A stretch of DNA of 54,878 nucleotides, the filler included, from Squatina squatina (lineage: Eukaryota): assembly GCA_031763465.1 (NCBI GenBank). It is 3 parts of 3 records of this genome, joined end to end, with 100 filler letters (N's around TTAATTAATTAA, not from the genome) between each part and the next. Parts side by side here need not be neighbours in the genome. Positions count along the whole stretch, not along the records: positions 1 to 24,637 come from JARFOE010000192.1; 2 more parts are not named here. One strand, written 5' to 3'. Position 1 is the first letter of the stretch. The number at the start of each line of letters is the position of its first letter. The notes under the pieces were generated by a model that worked only from the letters and a program-made list of their open reading frames with translations, had not been told where the DNA came from and searched no databases. A program made the position numbers and the translations under genes. Of the stretch, positions 11,601 to 24,637 are shown piece after piece.

Positions 11601-12443
11601 ATGTAAAATTATACATTTTGTAACGTTCCCATAAACTTAGAATCTACTGCTGTGATCAAATGTGTCTTGAACCTCTTGGGCATTAACTGAAATCGGAATC
11701 TCGTGGTTAGAAGTGAGGCCATAAGGCGCAGACCACAATTACAGGCCTGGGTGTCCTGTCTGTTAAAAACCACTGGTTTGTGCAAGAACCGAACAAAAGG
11801 TTCCAGCTGTCATCCCTGCCAAGAAGTGGCAGATGCTTCTGCTCCTCTCTGCGTCTGATGCCATAGCAACAAAAGTCGGTGTTCTTTTTTTGAATGAGTG
11901 AATATCCCTGCCTGGGATGCTGTGCTCTTGGTTGACTGGTGAAACGGTGTTAGTTTTCACTCAGTGATCTATGAGCAAGGAAGCATCTAAGTGGTTAGTG
12001 TGGGAGGGGGTTGAAGTTGAAATCCAATCCCGAGTGATTTCGTACCGAAGTATGTCCGCTCAATAAACTCCGCCACCCTTGTCACAGGGATTACACAGTC
12101 CCGACAGCCCCGAACGTGCGATATATGATCTTCAAAACTCTGATTGAGCGGGTGTAATGGGATATTCTATTCACAGTGGCTGGCTAGACAACATAGAGGT
12201 GACTTTTCGCCCAGCAGAAGCAAAACTGGTAATGGGGTTCAGGCAAGTACTTCCTCCTAGTCCCCAGTTCAGTCCGCAAGCGTGATCCCGAACTTCCAGT
12301 CGCCTGTCACTTTAATTCCCCACATCACTCCCACTCTGACCTTNNNNNNNNNNNNNNNNNNNNNNNNNNNNNNNNNNNNNNNNNNNNNNNNNNNNNNNNN
12401 NNNNNNNNNNNNNNNNNNNNNNNNNNNNNNNNNNNNNNNNNNN

Positions 12444-12560
12444 TTCCGATTTGTATTTCTAGTGAAGTTGTTTGAAGTAAAAATCGGGAGAAATGTAAGT
12501 CAGGCTGCTGATTCACACTCACCCATTTTACACTCTCGCACAAAGTCAAAATCTTCCCCC
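12444..12560. repeat. Palindromic MITE-like repeat, copy 2
   Basis: Near-identical ~50-bp core and similar downstream sequence to 11484-11590. Confidence 0.65.
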
Positions 12561-14128
12561 TGCCAGTATTCACAATTTATTCCAACAGTTTTAACAGATT
12601 AAATATCCCTTGAAGTACTCTGCATATGAGAAACTGCTGATTGGTTAATTCATGAAACTGAAGCAGGATCTATTTGAATTGCATGGGTTTATATATTGTA
12701 TTAAAAAGATATTGAAATGTTAAATGAAGAGGACATAATGAAAAAAACACTGAGATCATGATGGTTATTAAACTTTTTGAAAATGAAAACATCAGTTGAG
12801 ATGCAAAGGTTAAATTGTGATTGTTTGAACTTTTCAACCTCATGACTGGAATTTAATTAGCAGAAGTAACTTCACAGTCAAGTTTAAGACTGAAAATCAT
12901 GTCAGTGATTGGGTATTAACCAGTATTCTGTTGAAACCTTTGAACTCTGCAGAGCAGAAAGGTTAAAAAGCTCCTTCCTAAGAAACACATCCATTTTGTT
13001 GAGATGAATACCCCTGTTGGTGACATCATCCTGATTCTTGCACCAACCTTTCAATTTGCAGCAGATCACATTGATCCACACCACACAAAAGATTGCTTTT
13101 CTGGCTGGTAGTCAGGCACAATGCCAAGGCCTTGGCCTGCAATCCCCTAACAAAACCCCTTCAGGAAAGCATTGCTTCATCGCACACCATGAGAATACAA
13201 ATGAGAAGCCACAGGTCTTTCCAATAGGACAGCAGTACAATTAAAGTAGGAAAATGCTGAAATTCGGCAGCATTAATTACAGAAACAAGAAAGGCTCAGG
13301 AACTTTTAAAACGTACCTTTTATTGTCACTCACAGAAGGACAATCTAGATGTACAATATTATTTTCCACTTAGTCTGGTTCAAACACATTCCAAAATCTA
13401 ATCTAGGTGGAAAAATTATGAATGATCCAGTAGAAATGGGTGAGGTTAAAAAAGCTTCAATGGTCCAAGAAGATTAAAGCTAAATAATTTCAACATTGTT
13501 TCTAAAGGTATTAATTCATTCACATATAGTCGGTTCAAATATTGTTTGAATGAAAGAATACATTAACATGTAAAAAACAGGAATTAATTCACTCCATTCA
13601 CCTTCCCTTTAGTCACAATTCATAATGTGAAGCTGAGAACAAAAGCAGAGACTAAGAGGAGCCATTTTGCTTGACCAGTTGACCACAGCCTTAACATTTC
13701 AGCTGCATTCAAACTTTGAGAAATCTTCACCTCTGATGTCCAAAATGTAGAGAGTCAGCCTGGCCTTATGCTTTATGCTTTCTTATCCAAAGGTCTACAT
13801 TTTTGTGTAGGCAGCTCCACAGACAGAGTGGCATAGACTAACAGTTGAGAAAACTAAAGCCCTATTATCTAAANNNNNNNNNNNNNNNNNNNNNNNNNNN
13901 NNNNNNNNNNNNNNNNNNNNNNNNNNNNNNNNNNNNNNNNNNNNNNNNNNNNNNNNNNNNNNNNNNNNNNNNNCATGAGCTTTGCCAACACAACTGGCTT
14001 CCCGAGGGTGCATGATGCCATCGGTTATGTCTGCCAAGCACAGCAGTTGAGAAGACAAACCCTCCTCACCCACTAATGATCTATGATTTGACTGACCTAA
14101 GCATTGCTTGTGTCTCCAGAACAAACTC

Positions 14129-14372
14129 CTTTAAGGGCTGAGGTGGCTTGACACTTGATAGCAGTTCCTTAGATCCGTCCCACAATTCGCCTGTTCAGCG
14201 CTAAGTAAGTGCCCTTTAGCGATGAAATCAGAACGTTTTTTAAAGCTGTCTGAATTTTTTTTTCTAAGTGTCAAATTGCAGGCCGAAAGGTGAGAGTTCA
14301 AAGACCTGGGCTTTGCGCTCACCAATTCATCCCTTAGTACCAGAAACTTAGGGCAATCGAATTGGCTGCCCA
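14129..14372. repeat. MITE-like interspersed repeat (related copy at 24740-24995)
   Basis: Both start with ctttaagggctgag.t.gcttg and share agcgctaa motifs; GC/CpG-rich relative to flanks. Confidence 0.45.
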
Positions 14373-15846
14373 ATAGGTTTCTATGGAAGAATGAGTTAAA
14401 TGAGCCAACTGGCCTACCTCATCTGTTGTTATCTTTGCAGTCAGGCTATACAAATACTGGTTAATCACAAAGTATCCAAAAGGGATAAAGTACAGGAGAA
14501 AAAACTGAATAAGGATTAAAATTCAAGACAAAAGACCTGGTGACTTTGGAATGTTTTAATCAGGGGCAAATGAGAGTACAGCAAGGGCTGGCCTTCCATC
14601 TCGAGGTCCAACTGTGATTATCATAATGTGCTGAAAACATACATACATCTCAGTGAAGAAAATGTGATTGTAGCTAGATTTTGGTGATCCCTGAGGTATT
14701 ACATAATAGTAATAATGATTAACAATGGGAGCATTATTAGCTGGAGGATACTCCACCCTAATTCAATTTTTGGATAAGATTGAAGGTCATTTACAATTAT
14801 AGAGAGCTTTTGTGCCCAGATGAGTAAGGTTGCCGGTGTTTGAACAGAAAATGGGTTACAATTACATCATAGGCCTTTTGGAGCCAATGCAGTGAGAACA
14901 GTAGAGAATAACGCAAACATAAAACACAGTTCCCTTGATAGTATTGATCTCACCTGAAATTCTCTAATGCAGAAATTATAACTTGGGGTTTTGAGTCAAG
15001 ATTTGTACCCTTTCAGCCCATTCTTCATACTGAGATCAGCAACTACATTTGCAGGGTTTGCTGTTTGACCACTGTTAAATAATTGTTCATTGAAGTTCAA
15101 TGAATATTCATAGCGAGAAGCATTTTTAATAAATCACAACATATTGTGGTCTAGCTCATAAATACAAAACATGAGATTTGGCACTTTATAATAAAAATAA
15201 GATGTATTACTTGAAAGAGGATTTTGCAAGTGAGGTGCCTTTGTGCTACAGAAAATAATACAGAAGACTATTCTAGGTATAAATCCAATAAATCTATACA
15301 CATAAAACAAAATTGTGCTGCCTTTGTACCAAAAAGATCACTGCGAGCTTTATACAATTTCTCAAACAAAGCCGCTTTCTTTGGTCAGACACAGACAGAC
15401 AAGCTAAGAGATGTCTGTCAATGTTACTGGAAGTGGCAGCTGTACTTACATGGAGAAACATTGTTTTTAATGGACAGCCTTGGAATGACTGACACCCACA
15501 CCAGTTATAAGAGATACTGAGGCCGATTTCTGTGACTTGTTTCCCTGAGAAATCCCCATTTTCCAGNNNNNNNNNNCACTGTAATGGTGAGTGACCTTTC
15601 TTATCCTCAATCACAGAGTGATGTCATCGCAGACCAATCACAAGACATGAACAATAATTCTGTATTATCTGTCAAGGCACTATTACATTTTTGCAGACAG
15701 TGAAATCTACAGTGTGACTACAGATACCTTCACTGTCCAGACTCTTCCAGCTGAAATTGAGCTAACACATACCAATGGCACAATTCAAGAGCCTTCTGTC
15801 ACAAATTCAATTATTTGTGATTGTGAATAATTATTCAGTCACTTAC

Positions 15847-15879
15847 CTACTAACTGGGTCAAATCACCCCAAATTGCAC
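15847..15879 (-). CDS. Candidate 33-nt symmetric (phase 1-1) exon, AIWGDLTQLV
   Basis: Acceptor tttctatttaaaatag|GT and consensus donor TAG|gtaagt; frame-preserving length with one open frame. Confidence 0.4.
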
Positions 15880-17454
15880 CTATTTTAAATAGAAACTCCT
15901 ATCATCAACACAACATTTATTACACTAGCACAGGTTATGTTGCCTGCTGAATTTTCTCAGATGCTGGCAGCATGTTAATAGAGTTTCTAACATGCAATTA
16001 TGTAATATAAATACTTGCAGTACTCTTTTGTGATGGCTGAATAAAGAATAGATACAAAGAAACATCTTTAATATAGCTGAAAGTATAAACAATGCTGAAT
16101 TAGCAAGAAACAGAACTTCTAGAATGCTTAGTTATAAACCTACTGTAAAATTTCTGCTTCTCCAAGTACATTTATTCAGGCTATGATTACCGGTAACCTG
16201 AAAACAATCTTTTTTTGCCAATCAGCCACTTGGTGCAAAGGTTATTGGTTCAACTTTCATATTGGTGTTTCCTGTACACTGTCTTCCATTAACTATGAAG
16301 AAAATATCTTTGGGATGGTAAAAATTTTGACAACTATTTTGTTTATAGTTGTACAGTCGGTTGACACTCTGTGAATAAGTCCACATAAGGCAAATTGGTT
16401 CATCTTGGACTTTTTAAAGAAATTACAACATTTAGTCAAAGGACTGGATTGTAACTTCACAGCACCTTGAACTCTGATGCATTAAAAGCTCTTCAGTAAT
16501 TTCATTAAATTAGTGGAACAAATAAGCTAAACTGGCACTGATAAATGTCAACAGATAATGCTCAGGGACCATTGCCATCAAGAATTTCTGATTTATAAGT
16601 AACTTCGATTCATGCATACAATAATTAATTAAGGAATATTGACTGGGACCTACATTGAAGAATAGTCACGTGCATCATCACGAAGTAAAATTTGAAACAA
16701 ACAGCAGTGAGCTTCAGTACTGGACTGCAGCAAACTTCTAATCTATTGCTAGTTTGCTTTGAGTACTTTCATCAAGGTGCACTAGTGCATGTTGAAGTAA
16801 TAGCACGTATGGTGCAAGCTTTGTTTAGAAAATCACAATCACACTATGGTGAAAATGTTCACCAAGCAAAGTCAACAAAGGCTAATCCTAAACACCGCCA
16901 ACTCTGCACTGTTATAAGGTATACTTGTGCTGTAACATAATCTCAAGAAACTTTTCTGACAAAACTCCTGTGCAGCGCTTTGGGACATTTTATTACTTTA
17001 AAGGCAGGTGGTTGTTACGGTAACGTCCCAGTTGTAGTGACTTGTGCTCCAGAGCTAGCCACACATCGAACCAGGCTATTCCAATACAGCTACAACACTG
17101 GCATCTACCCACCAATGTGAAAAATTGCCCAGATATGTCCTGTCCACAAAAAGCAGGATAAGTCCACTCCGGGCAGTTATCACCCCATCAGCCTCCTCTC
17201 AATCATCAGCNNNNNNNNNNNNNNNNNNNNNNNNNNNNNNNNNNNNNNNNNNNNNNNNNNNNNNNNNNNNNNNNNNNNNNNNNNNNNNNNNNNNNNNNNN
17301 NNNNNNNNNNGAGGTTATGAAAGGTGCTATATAAAGACCAGCCTTTCTTTCACTTAGCATATGAGGTACTGTTAGGCCGCTATTTTTTCTCCAGTCTTAG
17401 TAATATTAGCAGAATGATTTGCCTGTAGGAATTCCTCTGTAGCTATGTTTTCTT

Positions 17455-18090
17455 TGGATGAAGAAGAGGAGGGAGGCACGACAGATCAAGCTGCATCATA
17501 GGTGCTTGGCACCCACCCTCACAACTACATTTACAGGCCAAGGTAGACAAACTTTGGTATGCCGATGCTTGTGCAGGCTGCAGTTCACGAGGTCAGCTGT
17601 GACTATTGTGCCACATGCTGCAAAGTGAGGTGCAGCCGAGCTCATTCACAAGCCTACCACTGCCAATGGCTGCAAAAGTCAGAACAGCTCTTGACTTCAA
17701 TGCCTCCAGATCTCTCCAAGGTGCATCTGGCAACATCAGCCACATTAGTTAAACCGCAAAGCACAATATATAGGCAAATCAAGGGGCTTTTATTCTTCAG
17801 GAAGCAATTACATCCCTTTCCCAATGGGCAACTGCCAGCAGCATGAGAGGACTGTGCAATTTTCCAAAGTGGCAGGATTACTGAATGCCCAGGGTTATAG
17901 ATTGTACCCATGTGGTCCTATGTGCCCCATTCTACAGTGCCACTACTGAAATGAACAGGAAAAGATGCCGTTGTCTTAATGTTCATCTCATTTGCCACCA
18001 GTTTAGTGAATCATGCAAGTCAATGCTCACGTCCCAGGCAGTGCTCATGAAGTCTTCATTATTATGCCATTTGTGCTTCCTGTAATGCTT
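17455..18090 (+). mobile_element. Degraded PIF/Harbinger (HARBI1-like) transposase
   Basis: Frameshifted pieces CHMLQSEVQPSS..LPMAAKVRTALDFNASRSLQ, VIDCTHVVLCAP, MNRKRCRCLNVHLIC and VPGSAHE match the Harbinger motifs GAIDCTH, NRKGFHSINVQ and WPGSxHD. Confidence 0.85.
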
Positions 18091-18384
18091 AATGGACGTC
18101 TATCCCAATTTCACATTACAGAGTATGGTGTCAAATATTTATGACCAGAATTTGCCTGGAAAGGTAACTATTTTTAAAGTAATAGCACAACTAAGCAAGT
18201 TAAAATGTGCTGGTTGTGAAAATTGTATTAAATATAGCTAATTGTGTTATAACTAAATTGATCTCACATTATGTGTGGCAGTTGTATCTAGTTATATAGA
18301 AAATATCTATGAAAACTTTATATTTCCAGCTTTTAGAAAAAAACAGACAGTTTTACTCTTTATAATGCTATTAAATAGCACATT

Positions 18385-19608
18385 ATGCTTTACATTTAAA
18401 ATCTTTTGACGAGGTGTACAAGTGTCTCCTGTGAAGTATGGTCCCTGGTCACTGTCCACTTGCAGTGGCAATCCCCACCTACAGAATACCTGATTCAAAA
18501 GAACTTTTGCGGCAGTCAGAGCAGTGTTATTTCTGCATGGAAAAACTTCAATCCATTTAATAAATTGATCAATAGCCACTAGAATGTAGGAATAATTACT
18601 TAGTGTCTTAGTAAGCGGTCCTATAAAATCAATTTGGATATGGGTCCAGGGCCCATTAGGGGGTGGCTGAAATCATAAGAGGGCTCTATTAGAATGCAAG
18701 GAGGGATTTGTCTGAAGACATGGCAAACACCAGTTCACATACTGCTCAACATCGGCCTTCATGTTCAGCCACCATGCAACATAAGAGAGTTTTGCAGTTG
18801 TCGTTGGAGAAGAATAGTGTCCAGCAGTGGGGTGAGAGTGCAACAAATGTATCATTTCTGCCCACAGGGAGGGTGGGAAACATACTGCCCAATTCTCTTG
18901 CTCTATCCTCGCCATTAGCAAGGAGTCAGAGTTTTGGTCATGTAGATGAGTACTTGTCGCCCATCCCAAGGGAGCCAGTAACAGTTTACCCTGTTTGTAC
19001 CAGGCAATAACCTGAGCATAAGGTAAATGATCGACTTGTAAGGCAGCTAAGTCGAATGATGATTTACTGGTGGCATGGAAGAATTTTTACTTATTCTGGT
19101 AAGGGGTTCCCTCTAAGAGCTGCCTCTTTGGCGGCTTGGTCCATTAACCTATTTCCTTGCATGTGTGGTGATGAATCTTTCCTATGGGCCATCATCTTAC
19201 CTATGTGACAGGGGGTTTCTCGCTCTTTCAGGGTGATCCATAGTAAATGGAGTAACCTGCCGTGAAGGAGGGTTTTTCCATCAACACAACAATGCACGTT
19301 CCTGTGGTATAGGAGCAAAGATAAGGCTGCGTAGCACACAACCAGTATCTGACCAAATGTTGGTAAGAGTAGAGGTAGTAAGCCATACCGCAATTATAAC
19401 AGCTATGAGCTCTGCTCGCTGTGACGAATGATTGAAGATTTTAAATTGATGAGTCTGGTCCAGCAATATGATGGCACAACCCGTCACAGGGGATCCATTC
19501 ACATGGTACAATGAGCCATCAACATAGACATTTTGACCACCTTCTACGTGTGTCTGTGAAATCTAACACCAGTAGTGGACATTGATGTGGATGACCTTCA
19601 CACGCTAT
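18385..19608 (-). mobile_element. Degraded endogenous retrovirus-like pol fragment: tether end, RNase H and integrase (HHCC + rve core)
   Basis: EGHPHQC; VYVDGS...SSQRAELIAV...IWSD...DGKTLLH...KMMAH...GNRLMDQAAKEAA (retroviral-type RNase H); HSHPTAGH...WWLNM...CLPC; PWTHIQIDFIGPL...IDQFIKWIEVFP...VDSDQGPYFTG. Several frameshifts and one in-frame TGA (18673-18675); truncated before the catalytic E. Confidence 0.9.
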
Positions 19609-19708
19609 NNNNNNNNNNNNNNNNNNNNNNNNNNNNNNNNNNNNNNNNNNNNNNNNNNNNNNNNNNNNNNNNNNNNNNNNNNNNNNNNNNNNNNNNNNNN
19701 NNNNNNNN

Positions 19709-20185
19709 CCACGGTTTGCACATTTTTTTCTTGGCATCTGTTTCAGTGTCCACTCTGCATTTCGCCATTCCCGGACTTGCTTTTCGTTAATACAGAATTC
19801 TCTCGCTGCAGCACTGTTATTAGATTGACTTGCAGTCTCCACTCCTTTCAGTTTGAAGGTGGCATTGTATTTCATTATTTAATTATTACCAGTAATTAAT
19901 TAATTAAGCTATTCATTCATTTAATAAACTATCTGCATTCTCACTGGTTAATTACAGAAAAGTAGCACAAATCTCTCACGTTTGATTAATAAGCTCTTTA
20001 CGATGCACTCATAATCAGCTGCTCAGCTGATTCACTTCCTCTCTCAGTGGCAAATATATTGGTGATTTTATACTCCAAGTAGGGGGTCGGCTTATACAAA
20101 GGTAAATTATAAAACAGCCCTTTTTGGCCTCTAAAGCCAGGGGTTGGCTTATACTCAGGGTCGGCTTGTACACCGGGATCTATGG
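19709..20185 (-). mobile_element. 5' end of a pogo/Tc2-type DNA transposon (BrkDBD N-terminus, POGK-like lineage)
   Basis: MKYNATFKLKGVETASQSNNSAAAREFCINEKQVREWR is a Brinker-type HTH. The terminus reads TA|CCATAGATCCCGGTGTACAAGCCGACCC with repeated TATAAGCCRACCC subterminal motifs; TA target at 20186-20187. Confidence 0.8.
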
Positions 20186-23100
20186 TAATTGCCATACTAA
20201 AATAAAAGGCGTGATGTTTCAACTTGACAAAATCCCAAATATATTTAATATAATTATCATATAAATAAAATGCAGTTTAAAAAATCCTGCAACACCATAT
20301 AATAATATTTTGGATTTTCTCTTGTATGAATCAGAATCCTTTATACTTTATTTTTACATTTCAAATTAAACAATAAACTTTATATATAATGTGCAACTGC
20401 TAAGCTCTGTGAATACAAATTGGGCTAACACATTGATACATTGAAACACTGTGCTGTACATTGACAAGATATGGGCACTTCCTCAGGATTTACCACAGAC
20501 CGAGCTGTTGGTGTGATGTCAACTGTCAGAGGTGAGGTGCTTCTCCAAAAGGAGGAAAAGAAAATAGGAAGGTTGATCAACCCATGATAGTATGAATTGT
20601 CTATTAGTGTCTGACTGGAGAGAACATTTCCCAATGGTCTGGGACCAGCTTGTCTTGTTCATCCTCTTAGTGCAAGAGTTGGGGGACCTACAGCGAGGAG
20701 GAGGAATAACTTATAAAATTTGTGAATAGGTGGATGCATGTCTATTTCCATGTATCTATGCATGTGTGTGTGTGGGAGGGCACATGACGAAAAGGAAAAG
20801 GATGGAGAATTGAACAGCTTTTCAGTTAACAAAAGCACCAGTACCTCAGTCAGTGTTCCACAATCATGAGTCACTGTATCATTCTGTTGCAGAGCCATCT
20901 CCCTAATGCAAATCAAGAGGACATTGCTAATTTGCTCTCACTAAATGGGAATATAAAGCATTCAGTGGTTTTAACTCACTAATGGACCACTATTATACAA
21001 GGAAGTACATTTGTTGATGCATGGTCCAGACAAGGTGAATGATGCAGAGTAACTGGCTCAGATTTTAAAATGTATATATAAAAATGTACACATTAATGCA
21101 AGGGGAGAAAACATTGGAAGCAAACCATTCTGAAAGTTCTCATATCAATTCAAGAAGTTTTACCAAATCTGATGCCTAATATGATCCACTCATTTATGAT
21201 CAAATTATACTCTACAGTGTTCTTGGCGATTGCTTTGCTATTTTAGATGAAGGATGTGGAAAATTCTCACTACATATTCTTTCATTTTCACTATCATTCT
21301 GTAAGTGTACATGTTTTAATGATGAATCAATCAAGCAAAGCCATTGTTTATATTTGTATTTTACTGCACATTTCATTTAAGTGTGGCTTGAAGAGAATAT
21401 CTGTGTTTCTGTCTGCCTTTCCACCATGTTTCCTGGTAACCACTCAGTCATCAAACTCCCACATTAAGAAAGCTCTGTGAATTGAATTGAGGAAAATATT
21501 AAGGCAAGACATTAAAATCAGCATCACACAAAAAGCACTTAAGCACACTCATTATCATGACTTTTGCTTCCTTCAATCACTTGGGATTCTATGATTTAGT
21601 CAGTTTGAAGTGTTTCATGTTGTGTATGGGAACAGGCTGCATTTCTAATGATGCTTGCCATTAAAAATATGCACATACAGTTAGAATCNNNNNNNNNNNN
21701 NNNNNNNNNNNNNNNNNNNNNNNNNNNNNNNNNNNNNNNNNNNNNNNNNNNNNNNNNNNNNNNNNNNNNNNNNNNNNNNNNNNNNNNNCAGTCATCTACA
21801 TTTATTTTATCAAATATTTCTTTTGCCATTTCTTTTTACCAGAAGTGACTGGTCCACTTGTCTCTGGAAGGTCAGCTGCAAGATGTAAATGTTGAATCGG
21901 CATGAAGTTCAGCTTTTAATTTTATCCTTAACTTTGTCCTATCCTTATTGCCTTTCATTGCAGGCCTCTTGCACCAGTAGCAGATTTAAAACAGCTAGAT
22001 TGAAAAGGTATAAATGTGGAATAATGCAGCAGGAAGCACATTGCCATGGTCAAATGTCAAAAAAATTAGGACTTCTTTAGAACCTTGTCAAGTGAAATCA
22101 AATAACTGCCCAGCTCAACAGCCTGGCATGCCATTATCTGTTAGTTCAAGCTGTCATCAATGGCTGTGGGTGGAAACAGCGGTCATTAGCTTAAAAATGT
22201 GCCAGTAAGCGTGCACTTTTCTGTCTGATGGTATTTTACAGTCTCCAAATGTGTAACAATGCCTGCTCTTTCCTGACAGGGGCAAGGCTCAACATTAATA
22301 ATCATTCCCTGGCAGCCAGAGGCTACTGGATAAATACTCATTTAAAGTAATCACTTTATTTCAGCCCTGTAATGACATTAACAAGCTTGGAATATGAGAA
22401 TTACACAAGTCAGAACAAATAATTGAATATTTCATAGATAAAGGAGGCAGCAAAGGTTCGTCTGAATAACATTATGTTACTCACTTGCAATCAGCTGCAA
22501 ACAATTACGTGACTCGGGCAAATCACTGGTAAAATTTTATTTCCCTACCAGCTGCAAGTCCTTAAATGACTGTTAGATGCGTTTATCTTTAGAATTGTTC
22601 TTTTACCTAAAATAAAGAGTGTCACAAAATAAAAAAGACAATTTAATTTTTTTTGCCATTCAGGAGTTTAATGTGCAAAAAAAAAAGAAACAAGCAAAAT
22701 GATTGTACAATATTTAGATATTTTGTGACTTAATCAATTTAAAAATGATAAACTGGGAAATTGTATTTTCACTTAAAAATCCCCAGTGAATAATTTTCAT
22801 CTTTGTCAGGCAGGTCCCGGGCTATAATGTGTGGTGATTGAGTTAAAAGTGACAAGGAGATGAGNNNNNNNNNNNNNNNNNNNNNNNNNNNNNNNNNNNN
22901 NNNNNNNNNNNNNNNNNNNNNNNNNNNNNNNNNNNNNNNNNNNNNNNNNNNNNNNNNNNNNNNNCAACCATAATATGATGTAAATGAGACACTCTGAGCT
23001 TTCAGTACCTTTTCTTCTAATCCTCTTCCACTCTTTTAATCATCGAGCACACAGAGGACAATATCTATTTTCATCTATCTAGATGGGATCTCTAAAGGAA

Positions 23101-23934
23101 TTAAAGCTGTTTTCCACTCTGCACAACAGTAGGCAGGGACTTGGCTGTGATCTTCGGCTTTAGGGAATTTTCATTAAGTGCAGATACTGCGATCGAAGAA
23201 GCAAGTACTGGCTACTGGATTTTTAATCCCTGGTGCCCTATGTCAGAAGCTCTAGTTATTTAGGATCTTTGATTAGTCTGAGCACTGCTCTTTGATTAAG
23301 AGAACTTCTGAAGATGCTGCATCACTGTGATTTGGGGATAGATGTCTTAACTGCCTGGTAAAAAAGGGACGGGCTTTAATTTCAATCTCCACTATCGGTG
23401 TTAGTCATCGTTTCTGGGCTACAATTTCAAACTAATGGAAAATAACAGTTATGGGATTTGCGAACCTCCTAATGAACCAATTGGCCGGGGTCAGCCCAGA
23501 GATATATGAACTTTGACAAAGTGTTCCTCAAACTGCAGAAAGATTTGAAAACTAGTCCAGCCTGTCACCAAAAGTGCAACAAATAATTATCAGTTTAATT
23601 GTATTTGCTATCCCTATAGCAAGTGACTGTATTTCTGATGAACATGTCTCGTAGACAAATTGTTGTCAAAGTGACATGTATCATAGAATCACTTCCCATC
23701 TATATATCAATTTTATTATGCCACGTCACACAACATCGTACTGCTGAATTACTCGGGATCCCACTTAAGAGCAATTTTGTTTGAAGAAATCTAATTCAAC
23801 AATGTTTCCATCCTGATGCAAAGCCTCTGACAATGCAAAGCCCCATGGTTAAGAACAATTCTATTTGATGAAAACTCACGTGGTCAGTTCTGAGATCACA
23901 GTTTTAGTCAATGGTTCACAAACTGCGATTTCTC

Positions 23935-24040
23935 CAAAACAGAAAACAGAAAATGCTGGAAACATGCAGCAGGTCAGTCAATGTCTATGGGGAAAACAGA
24001 AAAGTTAATGTTTCAGGTGCAAGCCCCTCTTTAGTACTGA
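23935..24040 (-). mobile_element. Penelope-like repeat copy
   Basis: Homologous to 5297-5373 (aaaatgctggaaacatgcagcaggtcag...gttaatgtttcaggt). Confidence 0.55.
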
Positions 24041-24299
24041 AATAAAAGATGTGGACCGGAATAATAATACTATCAAAAAATGGAGAGGAGGGGAAATATA
24101 TACATGAAAAATTTAAAAATATAGACTGATAGACAGAAGAATCATGCATGAAATAATATTTTAGATTATCTCAGTTACTTAATTAATAGAACCATGAAGG
24201 GTCTAATAGCGAATAAAGTGAAAGCACCCTTTATTTCTTTAAAATCTGATAGCTACTGTTCATTACTTGACTAAAATTATCTGTTCTACATCATTCCGC

Positions 24300-24637
24300 T
24301 CATGATTCCTCACCTCTTTCCCTGTTCACTCAAAATTAAAATCCGTCTTAATTTTAGAAACCTCCATTAAACTCCTCTTAGCCTTTTCTGGAGCCTTCTC
24401 TGCTCCAGTGGAAACAGAGCCAATGTTATAAGTCAGTCATCACATCTATAGTTTCATCCTAGTGAATCTATGCTGTACGCTCTCCATGGCTTTAATGTCT
24501 TTTGTGCAAAACTGTACACCATACTCAGCATAACTAATATTTTGTGCAAATTTAACATTAACCATAAGAAGTAGGAGCAGGAGTAGGCCATTCGGCCCGT
24601 CAAGCCCGCTCTGCCATTCAATTGGATCATGGCTGAT
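24300..24637 (-). mobile_element. CR1 fragments (old ORF2 piece plus a younger 3' tail at 24562-24637)
   Basis: ttaattttagaaacctccattaaactcctcttagcctt, the reverse of an RLRGxLMEVxKI-like motif; cataagaagtaggagcaggagtaggccattcggccc 3' UTR. Confidence 0.7.

Noticed and set aside
19519-19875. Apparent fusion ORF of a pogo DNA-binding domain to retroviral pol
   Set aside because: The two parts are separated by an arbitrary 100-N gap, so the frame continuity is an artefact.
21964-22007. Possible + strand exon (ASCTSSRFKTARLK)
   Set aside because: Good acceptor but weak donor (gtataa) and no recognisable product.
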